Source: Oscillospiraceae bacterium (lineage in GTDB: Bacteria; Bacillota; Clostridia; Oscillospirales; UBA929). From it: 62,586 nt of DNA. How positions within the stretch are numbered: position 1 is the stretch's first letter; every line of letters starts with the position of its first letter. The stretch lies in assembly GCA_031554075.1 (NCBI GenBank), contig JAVBKJ010000011.1:1-62586 (forward strand), written 5' to 3'. Of the stretch, positions 10,054 to 18,597 are shown piece by piece. The notes under the pieces are model-generated. The model had not been told where the DNA came from and did not search any database. It was given only the letters and a program-made list of their open reading frames with translations. The translations under genes and the position numbers were made by a program.

Positions 10054-10131
10054 AGTAAGTCCCTCCTATAGATGCTTATTTTGTATAGTACAGACATTTG
10101 TTGCGGGGGTCGGCTAGGATGTTGAAAATGA

Positions 10132-10172
10132 GCTTAATTCGCAAGACGGACGTACCGCCTTGCGAATTAAGC
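10132..10172 (-). terminator. 14-bp-stem hairpin between the two giant genes (weak terminator or attenuator)
   Basis: GCTTAATTCGCAAG-13 nt-CTTGCGAATTAAGC. On the minus strand it is followed by TCATTTTCAAC, a short T tract. Confidence 0.4.
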
Positions 10173-10187
10173 ATGTTAGGAATTGGC

Positions 10188-13100
10188 TTAGGTAAAAGAG
10201 AAATTCCCCAATATGGAAGTATTGCCTCCGAGGGTCATATTAAAAGATAAGCCACCATGGGTGTAATCAATTACAGTACCGTCTGGATGACTGAACGTCG
10301 CGCCTAGTGCCACAAGTTCATCATAAGTAAGCGTTTCGGGAGAACCACCGCTATAGTTTACTGTGATGACAAGATCTTTCAAATTTAGTGGTCCTAGTGT
10401 AGTTAAGTTCAAGCCAGAAACTAGCGCAACGCCGCCCACATAAATTGACACTGGGAACTGTACTGATACTTTGATGGTGTTACCATCTGTACTGGGGTTT
10501 GAGTTTGCGACAGAGGTAGAAATGCCCAGTATACTGGTGGTAAAGCTTGTAGGGAAGGTATAGCCACTATCAGCCACTAAGGTAATTTCAGCGGTGTAGC
10601 TTGTAGCGCCTAAAAACGGATTGCCGCTTGACAATGTTCCGCCTATCGAAGACCAGACAATGTCCGAAATCGAATAATGACCATTGCCACCATCGCCGCT
10701 CAGGTCGCCTGCCGCTGGTGCTTTAAAGCTTGCCGTTGGCTGACGTATACCTGTGATGTTCGCCGTTGTTATGTCTATCAGTGCCGGCGGCGGTGTTGTG
10801 ACAGTAATGCGGTTGGTGTGAACTGTGTAGCCGTTGTAGCTAAGAATCACACGGGTATTGTGATGTGACATGTCTATGAGCGTGCCTTCCGCAGGGGTGA
10901 CGGTTATGCCATTTGCGCCAAAGTTAGCATAGGGGATAATCTGCTGGCTGCCGTCACTCATGGTAAAGCGAGCTGCCAAGGTCGTGTAATCCAGTGGTTG
11001 ACCCACCTCATAGATAAGCTTAGGATTCGTATACAGCGTAAAGCTTGTGACATTCACAGTGGGCGGTGTGACTGGTTTCGGGGTAATAACCATCGCACCC
11101 GTTGTGGCTATCGCCGTGCCGCAATGTAGCGTAATGGGGTTGCCGTTTTGCAGTATGCCCAGATTATAACCATGGGTAGGGCTTGCTGTAATCGCTGGCT
11201 CATGCTGAGAAAACTGGCTAAACGGCACAAGCGCGGTGTCCCCGTTGCTGTAGGTAACGCGCACAACGAGACCAGATAATTGCAAGGCATCCATTTCAAA
11301 GTACGCCAGCGTAGGTTGTGTATCAACCGCTATGCTAGCGACTGTTAGCGGTGCTGTTTGGGGGAATATGTAAGATAGCGTCATGGTGTTGCGCTCGGTG
11401 TTGGGGGTAGGATTGGTCGTGTAGGCTACATTGCCGTTTATGAAACCTTGGCACAATCCTGCAAATGTGTAGGCTGTGCCTGCCTTAACAGTTACCTTGG
11501 CAGTGTAGTTTGTGTTGGGCTTAAACTTACCTGTGGCAGTGAAGATATCCGCCGCATTGGTGTTGCCCGCGACGCTCCACTCCAAACTAACAGGCGACAA
11601 GACCCCGTCTGCCGACGAGTTGTACGTTAGGGCAGGTGTGCCGCTCGTGACAGGAGCCACAACACCAGTCACCCTCACATCGGTGATAGGTTTGAAATCG
11701 AGGATTAGCGACGTGGTGGTGGCCGAGGCTGTGCCGCAGGTGACAACGATGGGCTTGTTATGGTGCGCAGCAGCAGACAACACCGTGTTCTGCGTGGGGC
11801 TTACGTATACCGTTGGATTGTGAGTGGCAAAGGCAGCATAAGGCACATTGTGTTCGACAGAACCATCGTTATAGGTAATGTCAACTTTTAGCCCACCTAG
11901 CTTTAATTGGTTGCCTGTTACGTACGCCATCTTGGTCGGCTGATTTGCCACTGTGATACTAGCGGCAACGCGTGAACCAGTTGGTGGGAAAGAGTATTTT
12001 AAGGTAATCACATTGCCATCTGTATTCGGCGCGGTGTTGGTGACGGATACAAACAACCCGTTGATTTTGCCAGTGCAAGCCGCGGCAAATGCGTAATTGT
12101 TTAGTGCTTTCAATGTGATAGTGACGTCGTATGTCGTATTCGCCTTAAATTTGCCGTTTGCAAAGATGGTGGCAGCGTTAGTGTCTGCACCAATTGACCA
12201 TACAATGCTTTCGGCAGTGTATTGCCCCGCTGTCATAATAGATGGTGCGGTAATGGGTGTGCCGCCGATTGTAGGTGCGGTAACATTGGTCGCCGCCGCT
12301 GTCATGATGAGGTTTGCATTAACGGTCAACATACCCACTGGGATGGTCGTGCCAAGACAGGTTAGGGTGAGTGTCGTGCCATTATGTGTGGCATTGCTAA
12401 GGATTGTGCCGTGCGCCACAGAAGGTGTGATGCCGTGTAGGGCTAAGTCTGCATAGGGGACAGTTTTCGTCGTGCCGTCATTGTAGGTGAGGCTAACCGT
12501 TAAGCCCGCGAGGTTTAGGGTAGCACTTTGTGTGTAAACCATTGTCGTGGGAGGTGTAATGACAGCGAAGTTTGTGAGAGCCACACCAACTGTGGCGGGG
12601 AAGGTATAGGTTAGTGTCAATTCGTTCTCTGCCACATTGGGGGTAAGATTGCCCACATTGTTGGCATTCTGCGTATTTACCTTGCCCGTGCATCCATTTT
12701 TGAAGGTATAGCCAGACACTGCCTTGAGGGTAATCACCGCTGTATAGGCTGTGCCTGCTTTGAACGCACCCGTAGGGGTAAATATGTTTGTCTGAGAGCC
12801 GCCCACAGTCCACGTTACGTCCGTAGCAACATAGGTGCTGTTGCCAACGACAACAACGCCAGACGTAGCAGGCGTGTTGCCCTTAACAGGGGCAGGTAGT
12901 GTTGCTGTAACTGCGGCAATTTTAGCAGGTTTCACAATCAGCTTGGTGATTGACGTTGCCACACCACCCGATGCAGTGGTAACGCGCAACGCCTGCTTGT
13001 TATTATCTGCTATAGTTAATAGCGTGCCATTTGATGGGGTTACCCGTATCTGAGGTGTATGGGTGTCAAAATCGCTGGCATAGACGATTTCTGTTGCGTT

Positions 13101-16100
13101 ATCACTGTAAGTCAGTTTTACGCTCATGCCAGCCAACGCGAGTGCGTCTCCTTGAGTATAACTCATAAGGCTAGGGTCAGTCAAGACTTGAATAGAAGAA
13201 ACTGCTAAACTACCCGTTTTTGGGAAAGTGTACGTGACGGTCATTGTGTTGGCGGCAATGCCAACATTTGTCACCGTTGCGCCAGCCGCTTGCAGATTTA
13301 CTGTTGCGTTGGCTGTGCCTGCAAAGGTGTAGCCTGCATTTGCCTTGAGTGTGGCGGTGATGGAATACACCTTATCGGGGGCAAACTTTCCGTCGGCTGT
13401 CATGATATAATCGGTCGAGCCGCTAACGTTCCAAACAAAGTTTGTGACAGTGAAATGCCCGCTGTTAATGAGTACTTGTGCGGCTGTGGTGGGTGTGACA
13501 CCGATGGTGGGTTTTGTGATGCCCGTAAGCACAGCAGTGGTGATAACGTCTGGCAACACAGATAGATTGCCAGTGGTGTCCTGCCCGCCAGCAGGAGAAC
13601 CCACGCGTATGGCAGTCAAATGATGTTCCGCGGTTGTCAGTGTTGCGCCTTGGGCAACGCTGACGCCAAGGAGCGGTGAATGATTGTAAAAGTTTGCGTA
13701 GGGTACTCTGTTTTCAACTGTGCCGTCGTTATAGGTAATATTAACGGTTAATCCTGTTAAATCGAGCGGTTCGCCCTCAATATAGTTCATTTTCAAGGGC
13801 TGTGTTGCGATTACCAAGTTGTTAATCTTACGAATTGCCGTCATGGGAAAGGTGTAGGTAACTTGGATTGTGTTTCCGTCTGTCCCAGGGGTGGTGTTGG
13901 TTACGACACCGTTAAGACCATTAACCGTGCCGACACAGTCTGGTGAAAAGGCATAGCCAGCGAGTGCCGCAAGGGTGATGGTAACCGTATACACCTTGTC
14001 AGGCATAAACATGCCCGTTGGCGTAAATTCAGCACCAGAGGTACTGCCGCCAACACTCCATACCATTTGCTGTATCGCAAATTTGCCACCATTGCCGTTT
14101 ATCGCGGCTAAGGAGGAGGGCATAGTATTGATGGTAGGGATGCCGATGTCTGTCAGATTCGCGATGCTAATATTGACAGGGACAACGGTGAGATTCAGCG
14201 TATTCGCAGAGCCGCCTGCGGTGGTCGAGACGATAATGGGCTTGCCATTGTGCGTTGCAATCGCCATAACCGTGCCGCCTGCTGGTGCCGCTGTGATTTT
14301 AGGCACATGCGTCGCAAAGGCGGTGTGCGGCACGCCACTTTCCACTGTGCCATCATTGTAGACGAGATTCACGGTCAGACCCGTCAAGTCTAACGTCTCA
14401 CCGACATGATAGGCAAGCTTATCGGGCTGTGATGTAATCGTAAAGCTGTTTGTCGCCAAAGCCCCTGTTTTGGTGAATGACAAGGTTGCTGTGATGGTGT
14501 TGCCGTCTGCTCCTGCCGCCGTGTTTGTGACAACAGCGGTAAGACCATTGATGGTGACAGTCGAGCCGACCACAAAGGTGTAGTTGGGGTTGGCTTTCAA
14601 AGTGGCAACAGCTGTGTAGACAGTGTTTGCCTTAAATTTACCAGCGGGGGTAAAGATATTGGTCGTCGCACCGCCAACCTGCCACTGTAGGTCAAGGATA
14701 GAAAATTTGCCGTTGTTCGTATTCACATCCGTCGCGGCTGCTGGCTGATTGCCCAGAACAGGTGCGGCGACATTGGTTAGTACAGCATTGGCAATGTTGA
14801 TGGAGGTAACTGATAGCGGATTCGTCGTAACCAAACCGCCTAAATTTGTCGTAACGGTAATGGGCTTGCCGTGATGCGTCGCCACTGTGAGGGGTGTTCC
14901 TTGTGAGGGTGAACAGACAATCACAGGATTGTGCGCCGCAAAGGCTGTCGAGGGTATATTTGTTTCCGACGTTCCGTCATTGTAAGTAATATTAACTGAC
15001 AGTCCTGCCAAATTCAGCGTAGCACCTGCGGCATAGGTCAAGGTGGTCGGCTGTTGCGCAAGTGTCATGGTGGACACCGCCAAGGGAGCTGTCTCGGGGA
15101 AGGCAAGCGACACGACAACGGTATTACGTTCAACACCTGGTGTCACGGCAGACACGTAAGCGTCTTGACCATTAATGGTAGCTTTCATGCCAGGGGTGAA
15201 GGAATATGTAGCGTCAGCCTTGAGTACCACATCGACGGCGTATTTTGTCGAGGCTCTAAATTTCCCAGCAGGTGTCAATACGGGCGAAGCTGGCGCATCT
15301 GCTGCCAAACGCCACACCATACTCTGCACTGCAAATTTTCCGCCGTTTATGTTTACCACGCCTTGCGTGGCAGGCGTAGCACCGACGACAGGCGCAGGGA
15401 TACTTGTTAATGCAACTGTTGTGATATCATTTAACACTACCTCGAGGTTGGCGGTGTTCGCAGAGCCACCGATGGCAGAACTCACGGTGACAGGCTTACC
15501 GTTGTGCGTCGCAATGGTAAGCGTTGTACCATGTGCAGGGGTTGTGGTAATCACTGGCACGTGAGACGCAAAAGAGTTGTAGGGTACAGTATTTTCAGTC
15601 GTACCGTCATTGTATATAAGATTCACAGCCAAACCAGTTAAGTCTAGTTTTTGCCCTGTTATGTAGCTTAACTTGGTGGGTTGCGAAGCGATGGTCAAGC
15701 TTGTAATCGCCCGCGCCCCTGTTTTAGGGAACGTAAAGGCGACGCTAATACTGTTGCCGTCCACACCCGGGCTGACATTGGTAATGATGGCTGTCTGTCC
15801 GTTAATGGTGGCGGCACTGCCAACGACAAAGGACGCACCAGCGTTTGCCTTAATTGTTGCAACAGCGGTGTACACGGTATCAGCCTTAAAGGTAGCATTA
15901 GGTGTCAAAATGTTGGTGGTGGCACCATTTACCTGCCACGTTAGGTTTTGTATGACAAAGTTGCCGCCATTAGTGTTGACAGAGGTGTAGGTAACGGGCG
16001 CAACACCCAGCACGGGCGCTGTTATCCCTGTCAGGTTGGCGGTGAGGATACTTGTTGGTCCGACTGCTAACGCACCTGTATAGAGTGTGCCGCCTGCCGC

Positions 16101-17678
16101 AGTGGTTATTTTAATGGTCTTACCATTGTGCGTTGCGGCGTTTAGTAGCGTATCGTTTGCTAAATCGGTATAGATGGCAGGCACATTACTGGCAAACGCA
16201 CTATACGGTACGTTGCTGTCAGTACTGCCGTCGTTGTAACTAATGTTCACTTTTAGTGCCGATAAATCTAGTGCTTCCCCTTGCTTATAGGTAAGCTTCG
16301 GTTGCTGCACAATGCTAAAGCCCGTGACCGTCTTTGCCGCAGTTTTGGGGAAGGTAAAGGAAACGGCCATTCTATTGCGGTCTTTACCAGGTTCTAAGAG
16401 AGAAACAACGGCTGTCTGCCCATTAATAGTGGCGGTACTGCCCACCACAAAGGTCGCTCCAACGTTTGCTGCAACCCCCACTACGGCTGTATAAACTGTA
16501 TCCGCCTTAAATTTACCGTTCGGCGTCAGTGCATTAGTGGTGGAGTCGTCTACTCTCCACTGCAGGGCGTAAGTCGAATATGTACCACCGTTTGTGTTGA
16601 CGACAGCGTGGGTAATTGGTGTTGCACCCATCACTGGCGCAGTAACATTGGTAAGGGTAACATGTGTAATGTTTGCTATGGCAGGCTTTACACTTAAGTT
16701 GCCGACTGTTACTATCTTGCCAGAGACCGACACAGTCAACGCCGCACCGTTGTGACCCGTGGTCAACCCTGTACCATGACTGTAATTCACTGAAATAACG
16801 GGGTTGTGTGAGGCAAAGGAACTATACGGTATATTACTCTCTGTCGTGCCATCCGTATATGTTATGGTAGCACTCAAGCCAGACAGGTTCAGTGCTTGCC
16901 CCACTGTGTAGCTTAGGTTGGGGTTACCTACAATGGTTATTTGAGACGCTACCCGTTCGGCAGGCTTTACACTTAAGTTGCCAACCGTGACCGTCTTACC
17001 AGAGACCGACACAGTCAACGCCGCACCGTTGTGACCCGTGGTCAACCCTGTACCATGACCGTAATTCACTGAAATAACGGGGTTGTGCGAAGCAAATGAG
17101 CTGTAGGGTATGTTGCTCTCTGTCGCGCCATCTGTATACATAATGGTGGCACTCAAACCAGAGAGATTCAGTGGTTGCCCCGCCGTGTAGCTTAGGTTTG
17201 GCTGCCCAGAAATTGAAATATTGTAAGCAGTGCGAACAAGCTGTCCCGTAGCAGGGAAAGTAATCGCAAAATCGGCTAATGCAAGGAGATTGGCTTGGTA
17301 GCGTCTTCCTTCTATTCCATTAATAAACCCTCGTAAATATGGGCTGAATATATTGGAGTTATTTCTGGAAGCAGCAAGGATTTTGACAGTATACACTGTG
17401 TCAGCATTAAACTTCTCTCCACTAAAATAAGGGCCTTGTTCCCCACCAACAAACCAATCAACGTTGTTAACGAAATATTTATCTGTGTCATCGCCTGACG
17501 TTTGCTGAGCACCAGAAACTCTGAACGGTTTTGCACCTGCTACAGGCGCCGGAACATTAAAGTATACTGCTGAAACTAATGCCCCATTCATTACATAAGA
17601 CGCTTGTGCCTCGGGCATGGGCATCAGTCCGCATAGTAACAGTATCGCTAAAGCAACAGATATAATTCTCTTTTGCAT
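10188..17678 (-). CDS. Giant secreted modular protein (2,496 aa): signal peptide plus 11 'A' modules (~115 aa) interleaved with 13 bacterial Ig-like (Big_3-type) 'B' modules (~93 aa); no recognisable wall or membrane anchor
   Basis: Signal peptide MQKRIISVALAILLLCGLMPMPEAQA. B modules match I..QP.KL.Y..G..LDL.GL.V...YNDGT.E..VPY..FA.H.P.I. A modules match VTAPV.G..P.......NGG.F......W.V.G.....TP.GKFKA.TVYTA...LKA..GYTF........ING......N..PG.DGNTI.V..TFPKT. The protein ends ...GNTSILGNFSFT with no LPXTG, SLH or TM segment. AAGGAG RBS. Confidence 0.85.
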   Translation of the reverse strand: MQKRIISVALAILLLCGLMPMPEAQASYVMNGALVSAVYFNVPAPVAGAKPFRVSGAQQTSGDDTDKYFVNNVDWFVGGEQGPYFSGEKFNADTVYTVKILAASRNNSNIFSPYLRGFINGIEGRRYQANLLALADFAITFPATGQLVRTAYNISISGQPNLSYTAGQPLNLSGLSATIMYTDGATESNIPYSSFASHNPVISVNYGHGTGLTTGHNGAALTVSVSGKTVTVGNLSVKPAERVASQITIVGNPNLSYTVGQALNLSGLSATITYTDGTTESNIPYSSFASHNPVISVNYSHGTGLTTGHNGAALTVSVSGKIVTVGNLSVKPAIANITHVTLTNVTAPVMGATPITHAVVNTNGGTYSTYALQWRVDDSTTNALTPNGKFKADTVYTAVVGVAANVGATFVVGSTATINGQTAVVSLLEPGKDRNRMAVSFTFPKTAAKTVTGFSIVQQPKLTYKQGEALDLSALKVNISYNDGSTDSNVPYSAFASNVPAIYTDLANDTLLNAATHNGKTIKITTAAGGTLYTGALAVGPTSILTANLTGITAPVLGVAPVTYTSVNTNGGNFVIQNLTWQVNGATTNILTPNATFKADTVYTAVATIKANAGASFVVGSAATINGQTAIITNVSPGVDGNSISVAFTFPKTGARAITSLTIASQPTKLSYITGQKLDLTGLAVNLIYNDGTTENTVPYNSFASHVPVITTTPAHGTTLTIATHNGKPVTVSSAIGGSANTANLEVVLNDITTVALTSIPAPVVGATPATQGVVNINGGKFAVQSMVWRLAADAPASPVLTPAGKFRASTKYAVDVVLKADATYSFTPGMKATINGQDAYVSAVTPGVERNTVVVSLAFPETAPLAVSTMTLAQQPTTLTYAAGATLNLAGLSVNITYNDGTSETNIPSTAFAAHNPVIVCSPSQGTPLTVATHHGKPITVTTNLGGLVTTNPLSVTSINIANAVLTNVAAPVLGNQPAAATDVNTNNGKFSILDLQWQVGGATTNIFTPAGKFKANTVYTAVATLKANPNYTFVVGSTVTINGLTAVVTNTAAGADGNTITATLSFTKTGALATNSFTITSQPDKLAYHVGETLDLTGLTVNLVYNDGTVESGVPHTAFATHVPKITAAPAGGTVMAIATHNGKPIIVSTTAGGSANTLNLTVVPVNISIANLTDIGIPTINTMPSSLAAINGNGGKFAIQQMVWSVGGSTSGAEFTPTGMFMPDKVYTVTITLAALAGYAFSPDCVGTVNGLNGVVTNTTPGTDGNTIQVTYTFPMTAIRKINNLVIATQPLKMNYIEGEPLDLTGLTVNITYNDGTVENRVPYANFYNHSPLLGVSVAQGATLTTAEHHLTAIRVGSPAGGQDTTGNLSVLPDVITTAVLTGITKPTIGVTPTTAAQVLINSGHFTVTNFVWNVSGSTDYIMTADGKFAPDKVYSITATLKANAGYTFAGTANATVNLQAAGATVTNVGIAANTMTVTYTFPKTGSLAVSSIQVLTDPSLMSYTQGDALALAGMSVKLTYSDNATEIVYASDFDTHTPQIRVTPSNGTLLTIADNNKQALRVTTASGGVATSITKLIVKPAKIAAVTATLPAPVKGNTPATSGVVVVGNSTYVATDVTWTVGGSQTNIFTPTGAFKAGTAYTAVITLKAVSGYTFKNGCTGKVNTQNANNVGNLTPNVAENELTLTYTFPATVGVALTNFAVITPPTTMVYTQSATLNLAGLTVSLTYNDGTTKTVPYADLALHGITPSVAHGTILSNATHNGTTLTLTCLGTTIPVGMLTVNANLIMTAAATNVTAPTIGGTPITAPSIMTAGQYTAESIVWSIGADTNAATIFANGKFKANTTYDVTITLKALNNYAFAAACTGKINGLFVSVTNTAPNTDGNVITLKYSFPPTGSRVAASITVANQPTKMAYVTGNQLKLGGLKVDITYNDGSVEHNVPYAAFATHNPTVYVSPTQNTVLSAAAHHNKPIVVTCGTASATTTSLILDFKPITDVRVTGVVAPVTSGTPALTYNSSADGVLSPVSLEWSVAGNTNAADIFTATGKFKPNTNYTAKVTVKAGTAYTFAGLCQGFINGNVAYTTNPTPNTERNTMTLSYIFPQTAPLTVASIAVDTQPTLAYFEMDALQLSGLVVRVTYSNGDTALVPFSQFSQHEPAITASPTHGYNLGILQNGNPITLHCGTAIATTGAMVITPKPVTPPTVNVTSFTLYTNPKLIYEVGQPLDYTTLAARFTMSDGSQQIIPYANFGANGITVTPAEGTLIDMSHHNTRVILSYNGYTVHTNRITVTTPPPALIDITTANITGIRQPTASFKAPAAGDLSGDGGNGHYSISDIVWSSIGGTLSSGNPFLGATSYTAEITLVADSGYTFPTSFTTSILGISTSVANSNPSTDGNTIKVSVQFPVSIYVGGVALVSGLNLTTLGPLNLKDLVITVNYSGGSPETLTYDELVALGATFSHPDGTVIDYTHGGLSFNMTLGGNTSILGNFSFT
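16681..17238 (-). repeat. Two tandem 279-bp copies (93 codons each) encoding the first two B modules
   Basis: Copies 16681-16959 and 16960-17238 align without gaps and share a 61-nt perfectly identical core (ccagagaccgacacagtcaacgccgcaccgttgtgacccgtggtcaaccctgtaccatgac). By eye, identity is roughly 85-90% over the first ~230 nt. Confidence 0.85.
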
Positions 17679-17763
17679 AAAATAAAACTCCTTAAAATGT
17701 CAATATGTATTAATTTAGCATCCGAAAACGATAGCTGTTGCTGTTAGGATACGGTATTACCAG

Positions 17764-17940
17764 TTATTTCTGGTTTGTTTCCTTAGTGTCCATGGCTAGC
17801 AAACGTTGTTCGAGATTCATAGGCTCTTGTGATTGATGCAGAAAAAAATCACACGCAGATCTTGTGCTTTTTGTGGCCGTTATCTTTGCCAAGGATGCCA
17901 TCTTTCTTGTGAAAAAATTGCCTTTTTTGTTAGTGTTCAT
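17764..17940 (-). CDS. agrD: AgrD-type autoinducing-peptide precursor (58 aa; not in the supplied ORF track)
   Basis: Hand translation: MNTNKKGNFFTRKMASLAKITATKSTRSACDFFLHQSQEPMNLEQRLLAMDTKETNQK. AAGGAG RBS (17951-17956) lies 10 nt before the ATG. The ORF sits immediately after and overlaps agrB by 11 nt. Cys, a 5-residue ring candidate (CDFFL) and Pro at Cys+10 match S. aureus (CDFIMDEVEVP) and clostridial AgrD. An alternative start at Met14 gives 45 aa. Confidence 0.75.
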   Translation of the reverse strand: MNTNKKGNFFTRKMASLAKITATKSTRSACDFFLHQSQEPMNLEQRLLAMDTKETNQK

Positions 17941-18529
17941 TTTGTGTTTTCTCCTTATATAATGTAGTTAGTACAGCAAATGCCATACTTCCGCAAACGG
18001 ACAACATGGATAAGAGTATGGCGGTAAAGATGCGCGAGGGACAAAAAAACGTGCCGACGGTACAGCCCACTGCAAATGTAAAAGCCACAATAATGCTTTT
18101 TAGTTTCAGTGTGCGTTTTAACGTCGGCTTTAGGTACTTATTGACATGCGCCACGGGGGCGAGGGCAAGGACTGTCAACAGCGTAATGCCACTGATGATA
18201 ACAGATAGCATTCTGTAGCTTTCTTGTGGCAGCCATTGCAATAGTAAAAGGCTTACTGTAAGGAGGCAGGCAAAGGCGGTGATACATCCAGCATGTGTCT
18301 GCGCATGATGTCCGCCCGTAAAGCCGCGAAACAACGCAAACGCGAAAGTAAACACCACGCCCTCCCAAAACATTCCAAAACATAGGGAAATCAGCAAGCT
18401 TAGCAAACAATTAAATAGGGTGGATACAATTGTTTCACAAGCGTAAGTATAAATGTCGTCATCCTCTTGCGCGATGATGCCTTGCCTTATAAAAACAGAT
18501 GCTATCCGTTTCGCCAAGGTGTGAATCAT
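17930..18529 (-). CDS. agrB: AgrB-family accessory gene regulator protein (AIP-processing membrane peptidase)
   Basis: Multi-TM protein carrying the family motif FRGFTGGHHA. I prefer the ATG at 18529 (MIHTLAKRIA...) preceded by GGGGTGA. The ORF track extends to a TTG at 18589. Confidence 0.85.
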   Translation of the reverse strand: MIHTLAKRIASVFIRQGIIAQEDDDIYTYACETIVSTLFNCLLSLLISLCFGMFWEGVVFTFAFALFRGFTGGHHAQTHAGCITAFACLLTVSLLLLQWLPQESYRMLSVIISGITLLTVLALAPVAHVNKYLKPTLKRTLKLKSIIVAFTFAVGCTVGTFFCPSRIFTAILLSMLSVCGSMAFAVLTTLYKEKTQNEH

Positions 18530-18597
18530 TTGTATCACCCCAGGGCTAAGAATAGCATCTGTTATGTATATTTTCAAGTGGCTATGCAAAATTGACG

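Noticed and set aside
2211-17536. Many 60-206-aa ORFs inside or antisense to the two giant genes (for example 4040..4648, 5423..5947, 7244..7864, 8822..9214, 13975..14361, 15175..15564).
   Set aside because: These are shadow ORFs of long, compositionally biased repeat-coding sequence. Their products are low-complexity and the sense frame is continuous for 2.5-2.6 kaa.
10188-17678. Periodic DNA repeats that could be mistaken for a CRISPR or satellite array.
   Set aside because: The period (~280 to ~620 bp) corresponds to protein modules in one long open frame. There are no short identical repeats separated by unique spacers.
18530-18589. TTG start at 18589 for agrB (219 aa, as in the ORF track).
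   Set aside because: The extra 20 residues (MHSHLKIYITDAILSPGVIQ) lack an RBS. The ATG at 18529 has GGGGTGA upstream and gives a typical ~200-aa AgrB. The longer form cannot be fully excluded.
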